Below are positions 63,610-64,000 of a stretch of DNA of 64,000 nucleotides, one piece after another. Numbering within the stretch: position 1 is the first letter of the stretch; each line of letters opens with the position of its first letter. The notes below the pieces were generated by a model. That model was not told where the DNA came from. It did not search any database and saw only the letters and a list, made by a program, of their open reading frames with translations. Both the position numbers and the translations under genes were made by a program. Source of the DNA: Tubulanus polymorphus (Eukaryota > Animalia > Nemertea); the NCBI RefSeq assembly GCF_964204645.1, contig NW_027437434.1, positions 1-64,000 of the forward strand, read 5' to 3'.

Positions 63610-64000
63610 CTACTTTTGACACGGGAGCCTCCTGTGTACACGATAACTCAAAAATCGTTTGAGACAATTTCGTGAAATTTTTATGGTTTGTGCATAATTG
63701 TATGGTGGGGAACCCTTTTGGGGAATCTATGATTCAAGATGGCCGAATTATGACCTATTTTTGATATGTGAACTACCAATGTACGTGCCAAAAATCGTTT
63801 GAGAACATTTCATGAAATTTATATGAGATATGTATGATAGTATGATGTGAAACCTTATTGTTTTGGGGACTTCTCCAATTCAAGATGGCCGACACCATCT
63901 ACCTTTGACGCAGGAACTTCCCGTATACACGATGACTCGCCAAACCGTTGCGATAAATTCATGAAATTTTTATGATATGTGTATGATAATATGAAAAGGA
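63610..64000. repeat. diverged satellite of about 145 bp, running off the window edge
   Basis: AAAAATCGTTTGAGA..TGAAATTT..TTCAAGATGGCCGA recurs about 2.7 times. Confidence 0.65.

Overview
AT-rich eukaryotic (invertebrate-type, plausibly lophotrochozoan) genomic DNA. The only host gene I can support is a plus-strand beta-arrestin, of which seven internal coding exons (17826-43605) can be read with clean GT-AG sites and consistent phases. Its first exon and the 3' half were not found and probably lie outside the window. Most of the remaining sequence is intron filled with nested mobile DNA. This includes a full-length but dead intron-containing Sola1-type transposon (57018-61768) carrying a solo LTR, at least six families of Helentron/HINE-like non-autonomous elements (some with internal satellite arrays), MITE-like elements with 3-, 4-, 5-, 6- and 9-bp target duplications, a Penelope remnant with a decayed hammerhead, and LINE fragments. 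Nearly all ORFs in the supplied track are spurious frames in repeats. I see no evidence of a novel multi-gene system; the interesting content is the TE architecture and the gene structure.
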